This document shows positions 29,065 through 37,940 of a stretch of DNA of 49,705 nt, piece by piece. Below the pieces are notes generated by a model, which was given only the letters and a program-made list of their open reading frames with translations, searched no databases and was not told the origin of the DNA. Source of the stretch: Planctomycetota bacterium (GTDB lineage: Bacteria; Planctomycetota; UBA1135; UBA2386); assembly GCA_051274975.1 (NCBI GenBank), contig JBNMND010000001.1, positions 1-49,705 of the forward strand. The letters run 5' to 3'. The first letter of the stretch is position 1, and each line of letters opens with the position of its first letter. The translations under genes were made by a program, and so were the position numbers.

Positions 29065-30789
29065 CTAGCTGCGATCGCGGCGTGACAGCAGCAAGCAGCA
29101 CGCGATCGCGTTGGCGCCGATCAGCGTGCCGAGAGCGAGACGCGGGGAACCGGTCTTGATCCAGAACAAGATCGACCAGCCGAGCACGACCAATGAGATG
29201 GTCCCGAGCACGACGGTCTGGCTCTTCGATTGCCCCCTCACGAAGTTTGGCTCGGAGGCGTTGGTCGGCACTGGTTGGCCGACCTGACTCTGTCGGATCG
29301 TTTCGATCGACTTCGCGACCCCGCCTTCGATGTTGCGTCCGAACTGACTCATGTGCTCGCTGAGCGAGGCGACTGCCGTGCTGGTTTGCGTGGCTTGCTC
29401 GGCGGAGCGGTTGAACCCAGCTTGCAGCGCTTCTACGAGCGGCTCAACGTTGACGGCTTGTTGCGGTCGATGCGCCATCTCAACCAACGCGCTCTTCAGA
29501 TCGCCAAGGAAGTCCCGGACCTTGTCGACGGAGTTGCTGGTGAGCGCGAGCTCTTCATCGATTGATGAGTCCTGATTCGCCGGTGCGCTTGCAGCCGGAA
29601 TCTCGGCGGTGGTTTCCGGCGCTACTTCTTCGATCGGTTTGACATCGGTTGGAGCCACCTGCTCACCCGTTCCTACAGCCGGTTCCGCGATGACGGACTC
29701 GGGCGCGTTCGAAGCTGCGTTGTCCTGCTGCTGCTCAGCGGGCGGTTCTTTGCTTGGAGCATCCTCCGAGAGCGCCTCAGGCTCCACGTCGTCGGCGGCA
29801 TCGAGAACCGTCTCAGGCTCCACGTCGTCGGCGGCATCGAGAACCGTCTCAGGCTCCACGTCGGCGGCGGCATCGAGAACCGTCTCTGGCTCAGTGTCAG
29901 CGGCCGGATCGACAACCTCATTCGCGGTTGGCTCGGCGTCAGTGTCAGCGCTGACCTCCGCAGTGGCCTCTGGATTGGCTGGCGGTTCTTCGCCAATCGT
30001 TGGTTCGACTTGCGCGGTGGCATCGTCGGGGTCACCGAAGACGTCCTGCAACTCCTGTTGCTCTTCGTCGGCACCCGGCACGACTCCGGAACCACCAATA
30101 TCTGCCATCAGGGCGCCGAGCTCGGCATCTTCAAACTGTGCTTCGCATTCGTCGGAGCCGCTCGACTCTGGCGGTTCGTCGACCATGTCGGTCGCTTCTT
30201 CTGCGGCCGGCAAGTCGTCTAACTCCAAGGCGTCGTCGCCAATGTTCGTGCCGAGCGTTTGCTCGTCAACGTCGTTGGCCGCAGTCTCCGAGACGTTATC
30301 GCTTGCTGACTCGTCGGTAGAGATCCCATCGATCTCTTGCTGCACAACCTCGACCACCGCTTCCTCTGAAACAGCTTCGTCGGCAGCGTTGACGTCGAGC
30401 TCGTTGCTCAACGTCCCGTCCTCGCTGCATTCGCTTGGTTGTGCATTCGCATCGATGTCACTGGCTATGCCCTTTTCGGTCGCGAGGTCCGGCAGATCGA
30501 TACGTTCGTCTGCGGCTTCCTTCGCTACATCGTCATCCAGAGGCATCTCGCTGCCGCCTAATGAGGCGCAGTCCTGAATCGGTGCACTCAGCGATTGGCT
30601 GGCGGCGATTTCGGATGCGAATTGCAGCGCGAACTCGATGCCCGGTTGCGTATCGCCGGCAACAACGCATCGATCGTGCAGCAAACGCAGTAGCACGTGC
30701 TCCGGGAGCACATCCTCAAAGGGAGCTGCAAGCAGATCGGTGGCCGAACTTGAAGATACGATCTTGGGCGTTTGCTGAGTACGGGTCAT
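29065..30789 (-). CDS. Tail-anchored hyper-acidic repeat protein (no signal peptide, two C-terminal TM helices)
   Basis: 574 aa. About 330 residues of Asp/Glu/Ala/Pro-rich low-complexity sequence, including DVEPETVLDAAD repeats. C-terminal helices TVVLGTISLVVLGWSILFWI and LALGTLIGANAIACCLLLS. The plus-strand Ser-rich ORF 29609..30577 is the antisense shadow. Confidence 0.7.
   Translation of the reverse strand: MTRTQQTPKIVSSSSATDLLAAPFEDVLPEHVLLRLLHDRCVVAGDTQPGIEFALQFASEIAASQSLSAPIQDCASLGGSEMPLDDDVAKEAADERIDLPDLATEKGIASDIDANAQPSECSEDGTLSNELDVNAADEAVSEEAVVEVVQQEIDGISTDESASDNVSETAANDVDEQTLGTNIGDDALELDDLPAAEEATDMVDEPPESSGSDECEAQFEDAELGALMADIGGSGVVPGADEEQQELQDVFGDPDDATAQVEPTIGEEPPANPEATAEVSADTDAEPTANEVVDPAADTEPETVLDAAADVEPETVLDAADDVEPETVLDAADDVEPEALSEDAPSKEPPAEQQQDNAASNAPESVIAEPAVGTGEQVAPTDVKPIEEVAPETTAEIPAASAPANQDSSIDEELALTSNSVDKVRDFLGDLKSALVEMAHRPQQAVNVEPLVEALQAGFNRSAEQATQTSTAVASLSEHMSQFGRNIEGGVAKSIETIRQSQVGQPVPTNASEPNFVRGQSKSQTVVLGTISLVVLGWSILFWIKTGSPRLALGTLIGANAIACCLLLSRRDRS
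29776..29919. repeat. 36-nt in-frame tandem repeat (3 near-identical copies plus 1 degenerate) inside the acidic-protein gene
   Basis: CTCAGGCTCCACGTCGTCGGCGGCATCGAGAACCGT occurs at 29776-29811 and 29812-29847. A copy with one substitution lies at 29848-29883, followed by a diverged copy. The repeat encodes DVEPETVLDAAD units on the minus strand. Confidence 0.9.
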
Positions 30790-30907
30790 GCGATTGCATG
30801 CCGACTCGATCCTTGCACCTGCCTTATCGGCAGCTCAGCGCAATAACGGAAACCCCTACGTGCGTGAGTGCGACGCCATTGGCCGTTCGGGTACGGCTGA
30901 CTGATGG

Positions 30908-31282
30908 CTACGGCAGACGCGGGAACCGCATGCGCGTCGGTTCCGTGCGGATCAGCTTCACGTCACGGCTGGCGTCGCCATTGCGCAGAATGTGTATCGC
31001 CTGGGCATCGAATAGCGAGTAGTCGCCGTTCTCGTAGAGCAGCTCGAGGCGAATGTGGTCGTTCATGCCGTCGAACATGCGGATCTCGACGACGGTGCGC
31101 GCCGAGATGACGCTCATCACGCCCTGCCGGTCCTTAATCTGGAGCTCCGACAGCGAGATGATCGAGGTCGTCTCGTTTGGCTTGTTGGGGTCGACCGGCT
31201 TCGGATCCTGGATCGACTGGTTTGGGGCAAATGCGAGGGCTGCGGCGATAGGCAGCGACAAAAACAGCAGGGACGCTTTCAC
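30908..31282 (-). CDS. Small secreted hypothetical protein
   Basis: ORF 30908..31294. GTG 31282 (preceded by GGAG) gives the signal peptide (M)KASLLFLSLPIAAALAFA. No family recognised. Confidence 0.5.
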   Translation of the reverse strand: MKASLLFLSLPIAAALAFAPNQSIQDPKPVDPNKPNETTSIISLSELQIKDRQGVMSVISARTVVEIRMFDGMNDHIRLELLYENGDYSLFDAQAIHILRNGDASRDVKLIRTEPTRMRFPRLP

Positions 31283-31351
31283 GGGGATCTCCACCAGGCG
31301 GGTCTCGGGTCTTCTCTAAGAGAGTTGCAGAGACTATGACGCGCCACTCCA

Positions 31352-32395
31352 GTGTTCCTGCCCCGGATATCAGTACTGACGTGGATTCTCGCCCTCGCCC
31401 TGGTGAGTTGTGGCGATTCTCCCGCAGCGAAAGGGCAGCAGCTGCATGTGGCGGAAGTGGTCGCTGGCGCCGGAGCTATTGCACCTGAGGCGGTCGAACG
31501 CGTGCGCCAAATCGTGGCCACGGAGCTGGTCCAGCTGCAGGAGGTCTTTGGCGGCAAGAAGATCGAACGGTTCTTCGTGCACGTGCACGCGTCGCGCGAG
31601 GAGATGCCGGAGCAGCTGGTTGCTGGCGTGCATGCCGATGCGCCTGGGTTTGCGATCCTCGGTCGGCATCAGATTCACCTGATCTGGGGCCAGATGGCGC
31701 GCACGGGTTCGAGCCTGCGCGGCGTGGTTCGCCACGAATTGGTGCACGAGCTGCTTGACCAATACGCCGGCAGGCACGGCAACCGCATGCCGCGCTGGTT
31801 TCACGAGGGGCTTGCCCAGCTGCTTGCTGGTGACACCTACCTGAATGCGCGCGAAGACGACCTGGTGTGGCGAGTCGCTGCAAGCAGCCTGCCACAGCTC
31901 AGTAGCTTGGCGAAGCACTTCCCCACCCAGACGACCAAGCTGCGTACGGCTTACGCGTTCAGCTACTCATACGTGGCGTGGTTGTCGCGGCAGTATGGGA
32001 TGTCATTGCTGCTGCGCGTGGCGCGCTACACCGATGACGTGACGTCGTTTGGGCAGGGGCTGGTCGGCCAGACGGGTAAAGACTCGCTGCAGCTTAAAAT
32101 TGGGTGGGAGAACTACGTGCTTTATGGGTCTGGAGCGCCGTGGCGCGTGCTGTTCAGCAGTTGGTTCAGCCTGTTGATGATCCTGGTTCTGCCGGTGCTC
32201 GTGTTGGCCTTGATTCGCCGCCTGAGTGCCGAGCAGCGCGCGGCAAGGCACTTGGCGGCTCGCGCTCGATCCGACCAGGCGCGAGCGCTTGAGGTCGCCG
32301 AGCGCCGAGAGGAACTTTTGCGGCTTGCGGCCGAGAATGATTTCGAAGAACGCGAGGACCTGGACCGCCTCGAGCAAGACGGTGAGCAGCGTTAG
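31352..32395 (+). CDS. Lipoprotein with MA-clan zinc-metallopeptidase-like domain, C-terminal TM helix and charged coiled tail
   Basis: 347 aa. Lipobox LALVSCG. HELVHELL (HExxH) followed by WFHEGLAQ (candidate third ligand region). TM helix LFSSWFSLLMILVLPVLVLALI. Confidence 0.7.
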   Translation: MFLPRISVLTWILALALVSCGDSPAAKGQQLHVAEVVAGAGAIAPEAVERVRQIVATELVQLQEVFGGKKIERFFVHVHASREEMPEQLVAGVHADAPGFAILGRHQIHLIWGQMARTGSSLRGVVRHELVHELLDQYAGRHGNRMPRWFHEGLAQLLAGDTYLNAREDDLVWRVAASSLPQLSSLAKHFPTQTTKLRTAYAFSYSYVAWLSRQYGMSLLLRVARYTDDVTSFGQGLVGQTGKDSLQLKIGWENYVLYGSGAPWRVLFSSWFSLLMILVLPVLVLALIRRLSAEQRAARHLAARARSDQARALEVAERREELLRLAAENDFEEREDLDRLEQDGEQR

Positions 32396-32423
32396 GTGTA
32401 AAAGACGACGCGTGCATACCCCA

Positions 32424-32720
32424 ATGTCGATGACCTCGCGCCTGCGCCTCGCTGCCATTTCGCTCCTATTGCTGGCCGGCAGTTGCGTAAGCCATCGTCA
32501 CTCCGTCGGCCTTGGTACGACTGGAACTGGCACGCAGATGGTGCGGCAGTACTACATTCTGTTTGGGTTCTTTTCGGCCAACGAGATCAGCGCCCAACGC
32601 ATGGCAGACGGCGTCACCAGCTACGAAGTCGAAACCAAGTACGGCTTGTGGGACTTATTGCTGCAGCCGTTGTTGTTGCCGTTGACGATGACTTCTCGCA
32701 CGGTGACGGTGCGCACGTAG
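32424..32720 (+). CDS. Bor-family-like lipoprotein
   Basis: Within ORF 32226..32720, starting at ATG 32424. Lipobox LLLAGSC. The sequence YYILFGFFSANEISAQRMADGVTSYEVETKYGLWDLLLQPLLLPLTMTSRTVTV parallels the lambda Bor layout (HHFF.G...... ICGG...V.TE......L...T.G..TP....V.C). Confidence 0.6.
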   Translation: MSMTSRLRLAAISLLLLAGSCVSHRHSVGLGTTGTGTQMVRQYYILFGFFSANEISAQRMADGVTSYEVETKYGLWDLLLQPLLLPLTMTSRTVTVRT

Positions 32721-32758
32721 GCATGGATAAGTCGCTCAGGCAGCGAGCAACTGAACGC

Positions 32759-33583
32759 ATGAAGCCAGTGACGGTTGCGTTCACCAAGATGGAGGGATGT
32801 GGCAACGACTACATCTATGTCAATTCCATCACCCAGCCGTTGCCGATCGATCGTGCCGGTGACTTGGCGAAGCTTTGGTCGGACCGTCATTTTGGAATCG
32901 GCGCCGATGGCTTGATTGTGCTGGCTCGCGACCACGACGACGACGACGCGTTGCGCATGCTGATGTGGAATGCGGACGGCTCGCGTGGCGCAATGTGCGG
33001 AAATGGGCTTCGTTGCTTGGCGCGCTTCGCGGAAGTGCAAGGCCACACGAGCGGCACGTCTTTGGTCATTATGACGGACTCCGGTTCGCGCGAGATCGAG
33101 TTGATAGGGCCCGGATATGGCAGCGGCGACGTCATTACCCAGATGGGAAAAGTGACCTGCACACCGCAGCGTACGATCGAAGTGGCCGGCGGTCGTTATG
33201 ACTTCATCTGCGGCGATGCGGGCAATCCACACGCGGTGACCTTCGTCGACGATGTCGAATCGGCCGATGTCGAGCGCATCGGTGCTGCAATGCAGAGCCT
33301 CGAGGCCTTCCCGGACGGCGTCAACGTCGAGTTCGTGCAGGCTCTCGGTGGCGATCGTATCAAGCAACGCACCTTTGAGCGCGGCAGCGGCGAAACCCTG
33401 GCATGCGGGACGGGAGCGGCCGTTGCGGCCCTAGCAGCCCGCCAGTTCGGCAATATTCGCGGTCGAGTTGCGCACGTTGAGCTCCGCGGTGGCACGCTGT
33501 TGGTGATCGGAGAAGGACCTTCCCTTGCGATCGAGGGGCCGGCACGTAGCGTCTTTTCCGGCGAGATCGAGTTTTCACGCTAG
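32759..33583 (+). CDS. dapF: Diaminopimelate epimerase
   Basis: ORF 32483..33583. ATG 32759 gives MKPVTVAFTKMEGCGNDYIYV. The catalytic Cys motifs are MCGNGLRCL and LACGTGAAV. The alternative start ATG 32723 cannot be excluded. Confidence 0.9.
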   Translation: MKPVTVAFTKMEGCGNDYIYVNSITQPLPIDRAGDLAKLWSDRHFGIGADGLIVLARDHDDDDALRMLMWNADGSRGAMCGNGLRCLARFAEVQGHTSGTSLVIMTDSGSREIELIGPGYGSGDVITQMGKVTCTPQRTIEVAGGRYDFICGDAGNPHAVTFVDDVESADVERIGAAMQSLEAFPDGVNVEFVQALGGDRIKQRTFERGSGETLACGTGAAVAALAARQFGNIRGRVAHVELRGGTLLVIGEGPSLAIEGPARSVFSGEIEFSR

Positions 33584-33645
33584 GCCGCAAATTTGTGCAC
33601 CGTGCTGGGGCACCGCGTCTTCCCTAACCACACCGAGGAATCGCC

Positions 33646-34215
33646 ATGGAACATCTAGTCTGGATCATCCCGCTCGTCATCGTCCTGTTCGGCATCATGA
33701 TGATTGTCGGCTGCTACAACGGGCTCGTTAGCCGTCGTAACGAGGCCAAGAACTCGTGGAGCCAAATCGACGTGCAATTGAAGCGTCGTTACGACCTGAT
33801 TCCGAACCTGGTCGAGACGGTCAAGGGCTACATGAAGCACGAGTCGGAGACGCTCGAAGCTGTCATCAAGGCGCGCCAGCAAGCGGTCGACTTGCAGAAC
33901 GCGGGCAACATCGGCGAGCTGATGAAGGCCGATGGCATGTTGACGCAATCGCTTGGTCGTCTGTTCGCCGTGTCCGAGAGTTACCCGGATCTCAAGGCCA
34001 ACCAGAACATGATGTCGCTTCAAGAAGAGCTGGCATCGACCGAGAACCGCATCGGCTTTTCGCGTCAGCACTACAACGATGCCGTCATGAAGATGAACAA
34101 CGGCATCGAGCAGTTCCCGGCCAACATGGTTGCCGGCATGTTCAACTTCAAGTTGGGCGAGTTCTTCGAGGTCGAAAACGACGAAGAGCGCAAGAACGTC
34201 AAGGTGTCGTTCTAA
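33646..34215 (+). CDS. lemA: LemA family protein
   Basis: 189 aa. ATG is preceded by GAGGAA. N-terminal TM helix and the typical LemA sequence (YNGLVSRRNEAKNSWSQIDVQLKRRYDLIPNLVETVKGY...SYPDLKAN). Confidence 0.9.
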   Translation: MEHLVWIIPLVIVLFGIMMIVGCYNGLVSRRNEAKNSWSQIDVQLKRRYDLIPNLVETVKGYMKHESETLEAVIKARQQAVDLQNAGNIGELMKADGMLTQSLGRLFAVSESYPDLKANQNMMSLQEELASTENRIGFSRQHYNDAVMKMNNGIEQFPANMVAGMFNFKLGEFFEVENDEERKNVKVSF

Positions 34216-34229
34216 CGACCGCACTGGAG

Positions 34230-34856
34230 ATGACGCACTCGTGCTCAGTCTTGTTGTTAGCGGGTGCCGCCGATTCAGTTGGCCAACGCATCGCGAGTGC
34301 GGTGTTGGCCGCCGGTGGCAAAGTTGCGGCCGCGGTGCCGCGCGCTTGGCAAGTGGATAAACTGCGTGAGGCGCTCGGTGCCGAAGCTGCCGACCGCTTA
34401 TTTGTCGGCGTCGTTCCCGCTGCGGATGCGGAAGCCGCAGCCGGCTTCGTCAAGGGCGCAAAGGACGTGCTTGGCGGCATCACGCACTTCGCTGGCGCTT
34501 CGCAGTTGTTGCGAGAACGCGTCGCTGGACGCGAGCCTGGTGGTGATTCCGACGAGTTGCTGGCCGCCAACCTGACTAGCAATACGGCGCTCTGCCGCGC
34601 CGTTCTGTCGGCGATGCGCCGTCGCGAATCTGGGCGCCTTGTGTTCGTGGCCGCTCCGGACAACACCGATGCGTTGTCCGCTACGTGTCGGGCAAGCCTT
34701 GCGGCGCTAGCAGAGTTCGCTGCGGCGCTTGTCGATGACCTGACGAACACCGGAATCGATGTTGAGATCGTTCCTGCGCCAAACGTCTCAGGTGCTGGAG
34801 ATCCGCATCTGGCGCGTTGGCTCGCAGCCTTGGCGCCAAGCGGTGCGGCATCCTGA
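34230..34856 (+). CDS. Rossmann-fold SDR-like protein (atypical, catalytic Tyr not evident)
   Basis: 3' part of ORF 33756..34856, whose 5' part overlaps lemA out of frame. ATG 34230 is preceded by GGAGA. The sequence VLLLAGAADSVGQRIASAVLAAGGKV is a glycine-rich NAD(P)-like motif. The usual YxxxK appears replaced (CRASLAAL). Confidence 0.55.
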   Translation: MTHSCSVLLLAGAADSVGQRIASAVLAAGGKVAAAVPRAWQVDKLREALGAEAADRLFVGVVPAADAEAAAGFVKGAKDVLGGITHFAGASQLLRERVAGREPGGDSDELLAANLTSNTALCRAVLSAMRRRESGRLVFVAAPDNTDALSATCRASLAALAEFAAALVDDLTNTGIDVEIVPAPNVSGAGDPHLARWLAALAPSGAAS

Positions 34857-34930
34857 CGGGGCCCCTGTTGCGGCGTCGCTGTCTAAGGGGGGCTGTTGTC
34901 GGCAGTAGTCGAGGGCTACAAGCAAGGAAC

Positions 34931-36019
34931 ATGTTCGGGCTCCATAGCAACACGCGGCGCGCCGTCTTAGGCCTGGTCACGTTGATCGCGGTTCCATCTC
35001 AGGTGCTTGCTCAGACCGAGCAGCCGGTTGAGAAGGCGCCCGAGAGCGTCCAGGAGCCTCTAAATCCCGCCGAGCAGAAGGCCAAGCAGTTGGCCAAGGT
35101 CACTCTGGCCGCCGAGAAGTGGCTGGCGACCGATCAGACCTCCGAAGACCTGATGGCGGAGACCGTTTCCACGGTTTTGCACGATGCAAAGGTCGGGCTT
35201 ACCTGGCTTGGCCAGCAGTTGCCGGCCATCGACAAAGCTCCCAACACGCCGCGCTCGAAGGGTCTTCGTACGCTCTGCACGCAAGCGACTCTCGAGTTCC
35301 TGCGGCGAACAGGCAAGGCGAGCATGGTGTTCGTTGGTCAATACAATGACCTGCTGGAGTTGCAGCCGTTTGCGAGTGAGTTCTTGTTCCAGCTGCTTCT
35401 CGAGACGCCGGACTGGTATCCGTTCACGTTTCGCGTGCGTTTGGTCCCGGCTCTGCGCGACATCCAACTGCGGTTGCCTGCGGTCGCACGAGTCGATGGC
35501 ATCGTCGAGCTGATCAAGAACGAGCAAGAGTCCGACGGCCTGCGCAACGCGCTTGCTGCGATGATGGCGCAGTGGGGTCGTCCTGAGCATGCCAATACCG
35601 TGATCAAGCGGCTGCGTGAAGCGACCATGGAAGGTGATGGCGAGGACCGCGTTCATGCGACCCTCGTGGTGGCGGACTACTACAACGTGTTGCGCGACTA
35701 CGAGAACGCCGCGCGTGCTCACCGAGCTGCGCAAGCCCTCGCCAAGGGTGCCAATGTCGAGCTGCGCCCGGTTGCTTGGTATGCGGCGGCCTGTGTGCAC
35801 GCATTGCACGGCAAGGTAGAACGCGGCATCGAGGCGCTGGAGCGATGCGCTCGCATGCACGCTTCACCGGACCTCGATCGTTCGCTGCGACTCGAGCGGG
35901 AGCTGTTCGAAAAAGATCCTGAACTCGCGTTGCTACGCAAGGACAAGCGCTTCGCCGGGCTGTTGAAGCTTGCCTTTGGTGAGGCCAAGAAGGGCGAGCC
36001 GCAAAAGGACGGGCGCTAG
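34931..36019 (+). CDS. Secreted helical (TPR-like C-terminus) hypothetical protein
   Basis: ORF 34817..36019. ATG 34931 is preceded by AAGGAA and gives the signal peptide MFGLHSNTRRAVLGLVTLIAVPSQVLAQ. No catalytic motif. Confidence 0.6.
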   Translation: MFGLHSNTRRAVLGLVTLIAVPSQVLAQTEQPVEKAPESVQEPLNPAEQKAKQLAKVTLAAEKWLATDQTSEDLMAETVSTVLHDAKVGLTWLGQQLPAIDKAPNTPRSKGLRTLCTQATLEFLRRTGKASMVFVGQYNDLLELQPFASEFLFQLLLETPDWYPFTFRVRLVPALRDIQLRLPAVARVDGIVELIKNEQESDGLRNALAAMMAQWGRPEHANTVIKRLREATMEGDGEDRVHATLVVADYYNVLRDYENAARAHRAAQALAKGANVELRPVAWYAAACVHALHGKVERGIEALERCARMHASPDLDRSLRLERELFEKDPELALLRKDKRFAGLLKLAFGEAKKGEPQKDGR

Positions 36020-36022
36020 TAG

Positions 36023-37816
36023 TTGGTACTGCCGATCTCGTTCTTGCTCGGGTTGATGGTGGTTGTTGCTCATCGAGAGATGGGCGGAACCTTGCCGGGC
36101 GAGAGCACGGTTGCAGGTGTTCTGTGGGCTGCGACGCTGTTGCTCGCGCCACTGCTACTCGCGGCGTTGTCACGTCGATTTGCGGTCTATTCGCTAGTTT
36201 CGACGCGATCGCCGGTCATTCCGCCGCGCGCGCTGCTGCGTTTGTCGGCGCTCGCAACGCCGCTGGCGTTGCACGGGCTGTTTGCGTTCGGTGCCTACAA
36301 CGATTGCATCGATCGACTGGCGCCGAGCAGCCACACGTTGCGCGTTCTGCTCGCGTTGGCACCACTGTACCTCGCGGAGTTGCCGCGCTCGGCAATGGCG
36401 ACGATGGCGGAAGGGTTGCTTGAGGCGCGTTACGACGCGCGCGACGGGCACCCGGTGTCGGCGTCGTTGCTACCGCGTTGGGGGGACATCTGGCCGGTGT
36501 TTCGACTGCGCCTTGGCTGGCCGGTCTTGGCGCTCTTGCCCGCGGTGATGCTCGGCGGTTGCTTGGATGTGTTGCAGCTGCATCGACCGAGCTACGTGCT
36601 CGTGTTTGTGACATCGTCCGGGATGACCATTGCGACCGTGGTGTTCCTGATCCTCGCTGCTGTCGTGTTGCCGTTTTGGTTTCGGGTCGCCTTTGGTGTC
36701 AGCAAGGCCATGCCGGAACCGATCGGCACAACGTTGCGTGCGACGGCTCAGCTACTTGGGTTCTCGCCGAAACGCGTGTTCGTCCTGCCAACCGGCATGC
36801 GGTCGATGAATGCGATGATGGTTGGTCCCTTACCCGTTGGCCGATTGCTTTGCCTGACGGATGGCTTGCTGTCGACGCTGGATAGCCGGTCGCTCACAGG
36901 CGTGTTGGCGCACGAAGTCGGCCACGCGCGCATGGGCCACCCCGGCCTGTTGATGCTATTGGCGGTCGTTGTGCCGTTGATGTTGCTGTCGCCTCTGCGT
37001 TTATTGGATGTCGAACAGATCGATGTCACGCTGCAGGCCGTTGGCATGGTGGTCATCTTGCTGAGTTTGTGGCTTTCGTTGCGCACACTGGCGCGTCGAT
37101 TTGAGCATGAAGCGGATGTGTCGTCGGTCCAAGCACTTGGCGCAGAGCCCTGTAGTCGGGCGCTATTGACGGTTTCGAGCATGACGGTGCCTCAGGCGAA
37201 GTCCTTGCGTGGGCGCCTGCTTAGTTTGCATCCCGACGAACAACAGCGGCTCACCGTGATGCGTCGCTACGAGAGCGAGCCGGCGTTTCGCGAACAGTTC
37301 GATCGACAAACACGTCGCCTTAGACGCGTGATTGCCTTGGTGCTACTCGGTGCCCTTGGCTTTGGTGGTTGGTTCTGGCAAGCAGACTGGCAGTACGAAA
37401 GGGTGCTGTCGCGGTTCTACTCCGGCGACTTGGTTGGCGCGCAGCAAGCCATGGCCGAAATCAAGGAACGGCCACCGCGTTGGCAGGATGCCCTAGAGCA
37501 CGTCGACGAAGAGTTGGCGGCGGGCTTGGAATTGGCGCCGGACGCGCGCGACTGGGCCACGATTGAAGAGCGGCTCATTCCAGCTGCGTGGGAACGTGGT
37601 GAACGCGTGTTGCTAACCGAAGGTCCGGCTGCTGCACGGCCTTGGTTCTCGCTGGCCGTTTATGCAATGCCAACGCCGACCCCGACCGAATACGCTATCC
37701 ATGACTACTGCCGCGCGGCCGCGGACGGGGACGGCGAGCTGACAAGCCGGCTAGCGCAGATCATCAAGCGGCTTGGCGTTCCCGCTGCCTTGGAACCAGT
37801 GTTCCGCGACTACTAG
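36023..37816 (+). CDS. Polytopic M48-family zinc metallopeptidase (HtpX/Ste24-like) with extended C-terminal helical domain
   Basis: 597 aa. TTG start 3 nt after the preceding stop (start uncertain). Multiple TM helices. HEVGHARMGH (HExxH) in a membrane context. Confidence 0.8.
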   Translation: MVLPISFLLGLMVVVAHREMGGTLPGESTVAGVLWAATLLLAPLLLAALSRRFAVYSLVSTRSPVIPPRALLRLSALATPLALHGLFAFGAYNDCIDRLAPSSHTLRVLLALAPLYLAELPRSAMATMAEGLLEARYDARDGHPVSASLLPRWGDIWPVFRLRLGWPVLALLPAVMLGGCLDVLQLHRPSYVLVFVTSSGMTIATVVFLILAAVVLPFWFRVAFGVSKAMPEPIGTTLRATAQLLGFSPKRVFVLPTGMRSMNAMMVGPLPVGRLLCLTDGLLSTLDSRSLTGVLAHEVGHARMGHPGLLMLLAVVVPLMLLSPLRLLDVEQIDVTLQAVGMVVILLSLWLSLRTLARRFEHEADVSSVQALGAEPCSRALLTVSSMTVPQAKSLRGRLLSLHPDEQQRLTVMRRYESEPAFREQFDRQTRRLRRVIALVLLGALGFGGWFWQADWQYERVLSRFYSGDLVGAQQAMAEIKERPPRWQDALEHVDEELAAGLELAPDARDWATIEERLIPAAWERGERVLLTEGPAAARPWFSLAVYAMPTPTPTEYAIHDYCRAAADGDGELTSRLAQIIKRLGVPAALEPVFRDY

Positions 37817-37940
37817 TCGCCGCGCGCCCAAGCTACGCGCGTCGGGCCAACTTGTGATTTGAGCCAGCTACAGTACGCAAGGGCGATCTGAGAAGTGCCA
37901 TCGCACGTCGCCCTCTACTAGATGGCGACGTTGGTGGTGA

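Noticed and set aside
29776-29919. Regularly spaced 36-nt repeats considered as a CRISPR array
   Set aside because: The repeats are directly abutting with no spacers, lie in frame inside a CDS, and no cas genes are present.
29609-30577. 322-aa Ser/Ala-rich plus-strand ORF overlapping the acidic-protein gene
   Set aside because: It is the reverse-complement shadow of GAx/GCx-rich acidic codons. The minus-strand frame has a coherent architecture (C-terminal TM helices, in-frame repeats) and a clean ATG.
33756-34229. The 5' 158 codons of track ORF 33756..34856. The same applies to the 5' extensions of ORFs 25828, 26462, 32226, 32483, 14409, 14597, 14960, 17353(-) and 20752(-).
   Set aside because: These extensions overlap the preceding, well-supported genes out of frame or are Arg/Pro-rich. 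Internal starts with Shine-Dalgarno-like sequences, signal peptides or family N-termini fit better.
34352-34360. DnaA-box-like AGTGGATAA
   Set aside because: It is a single 8/9 match inside a coding region, with no cluster of boxes or AT-rich unwinding element. That is not evidence for oriC.
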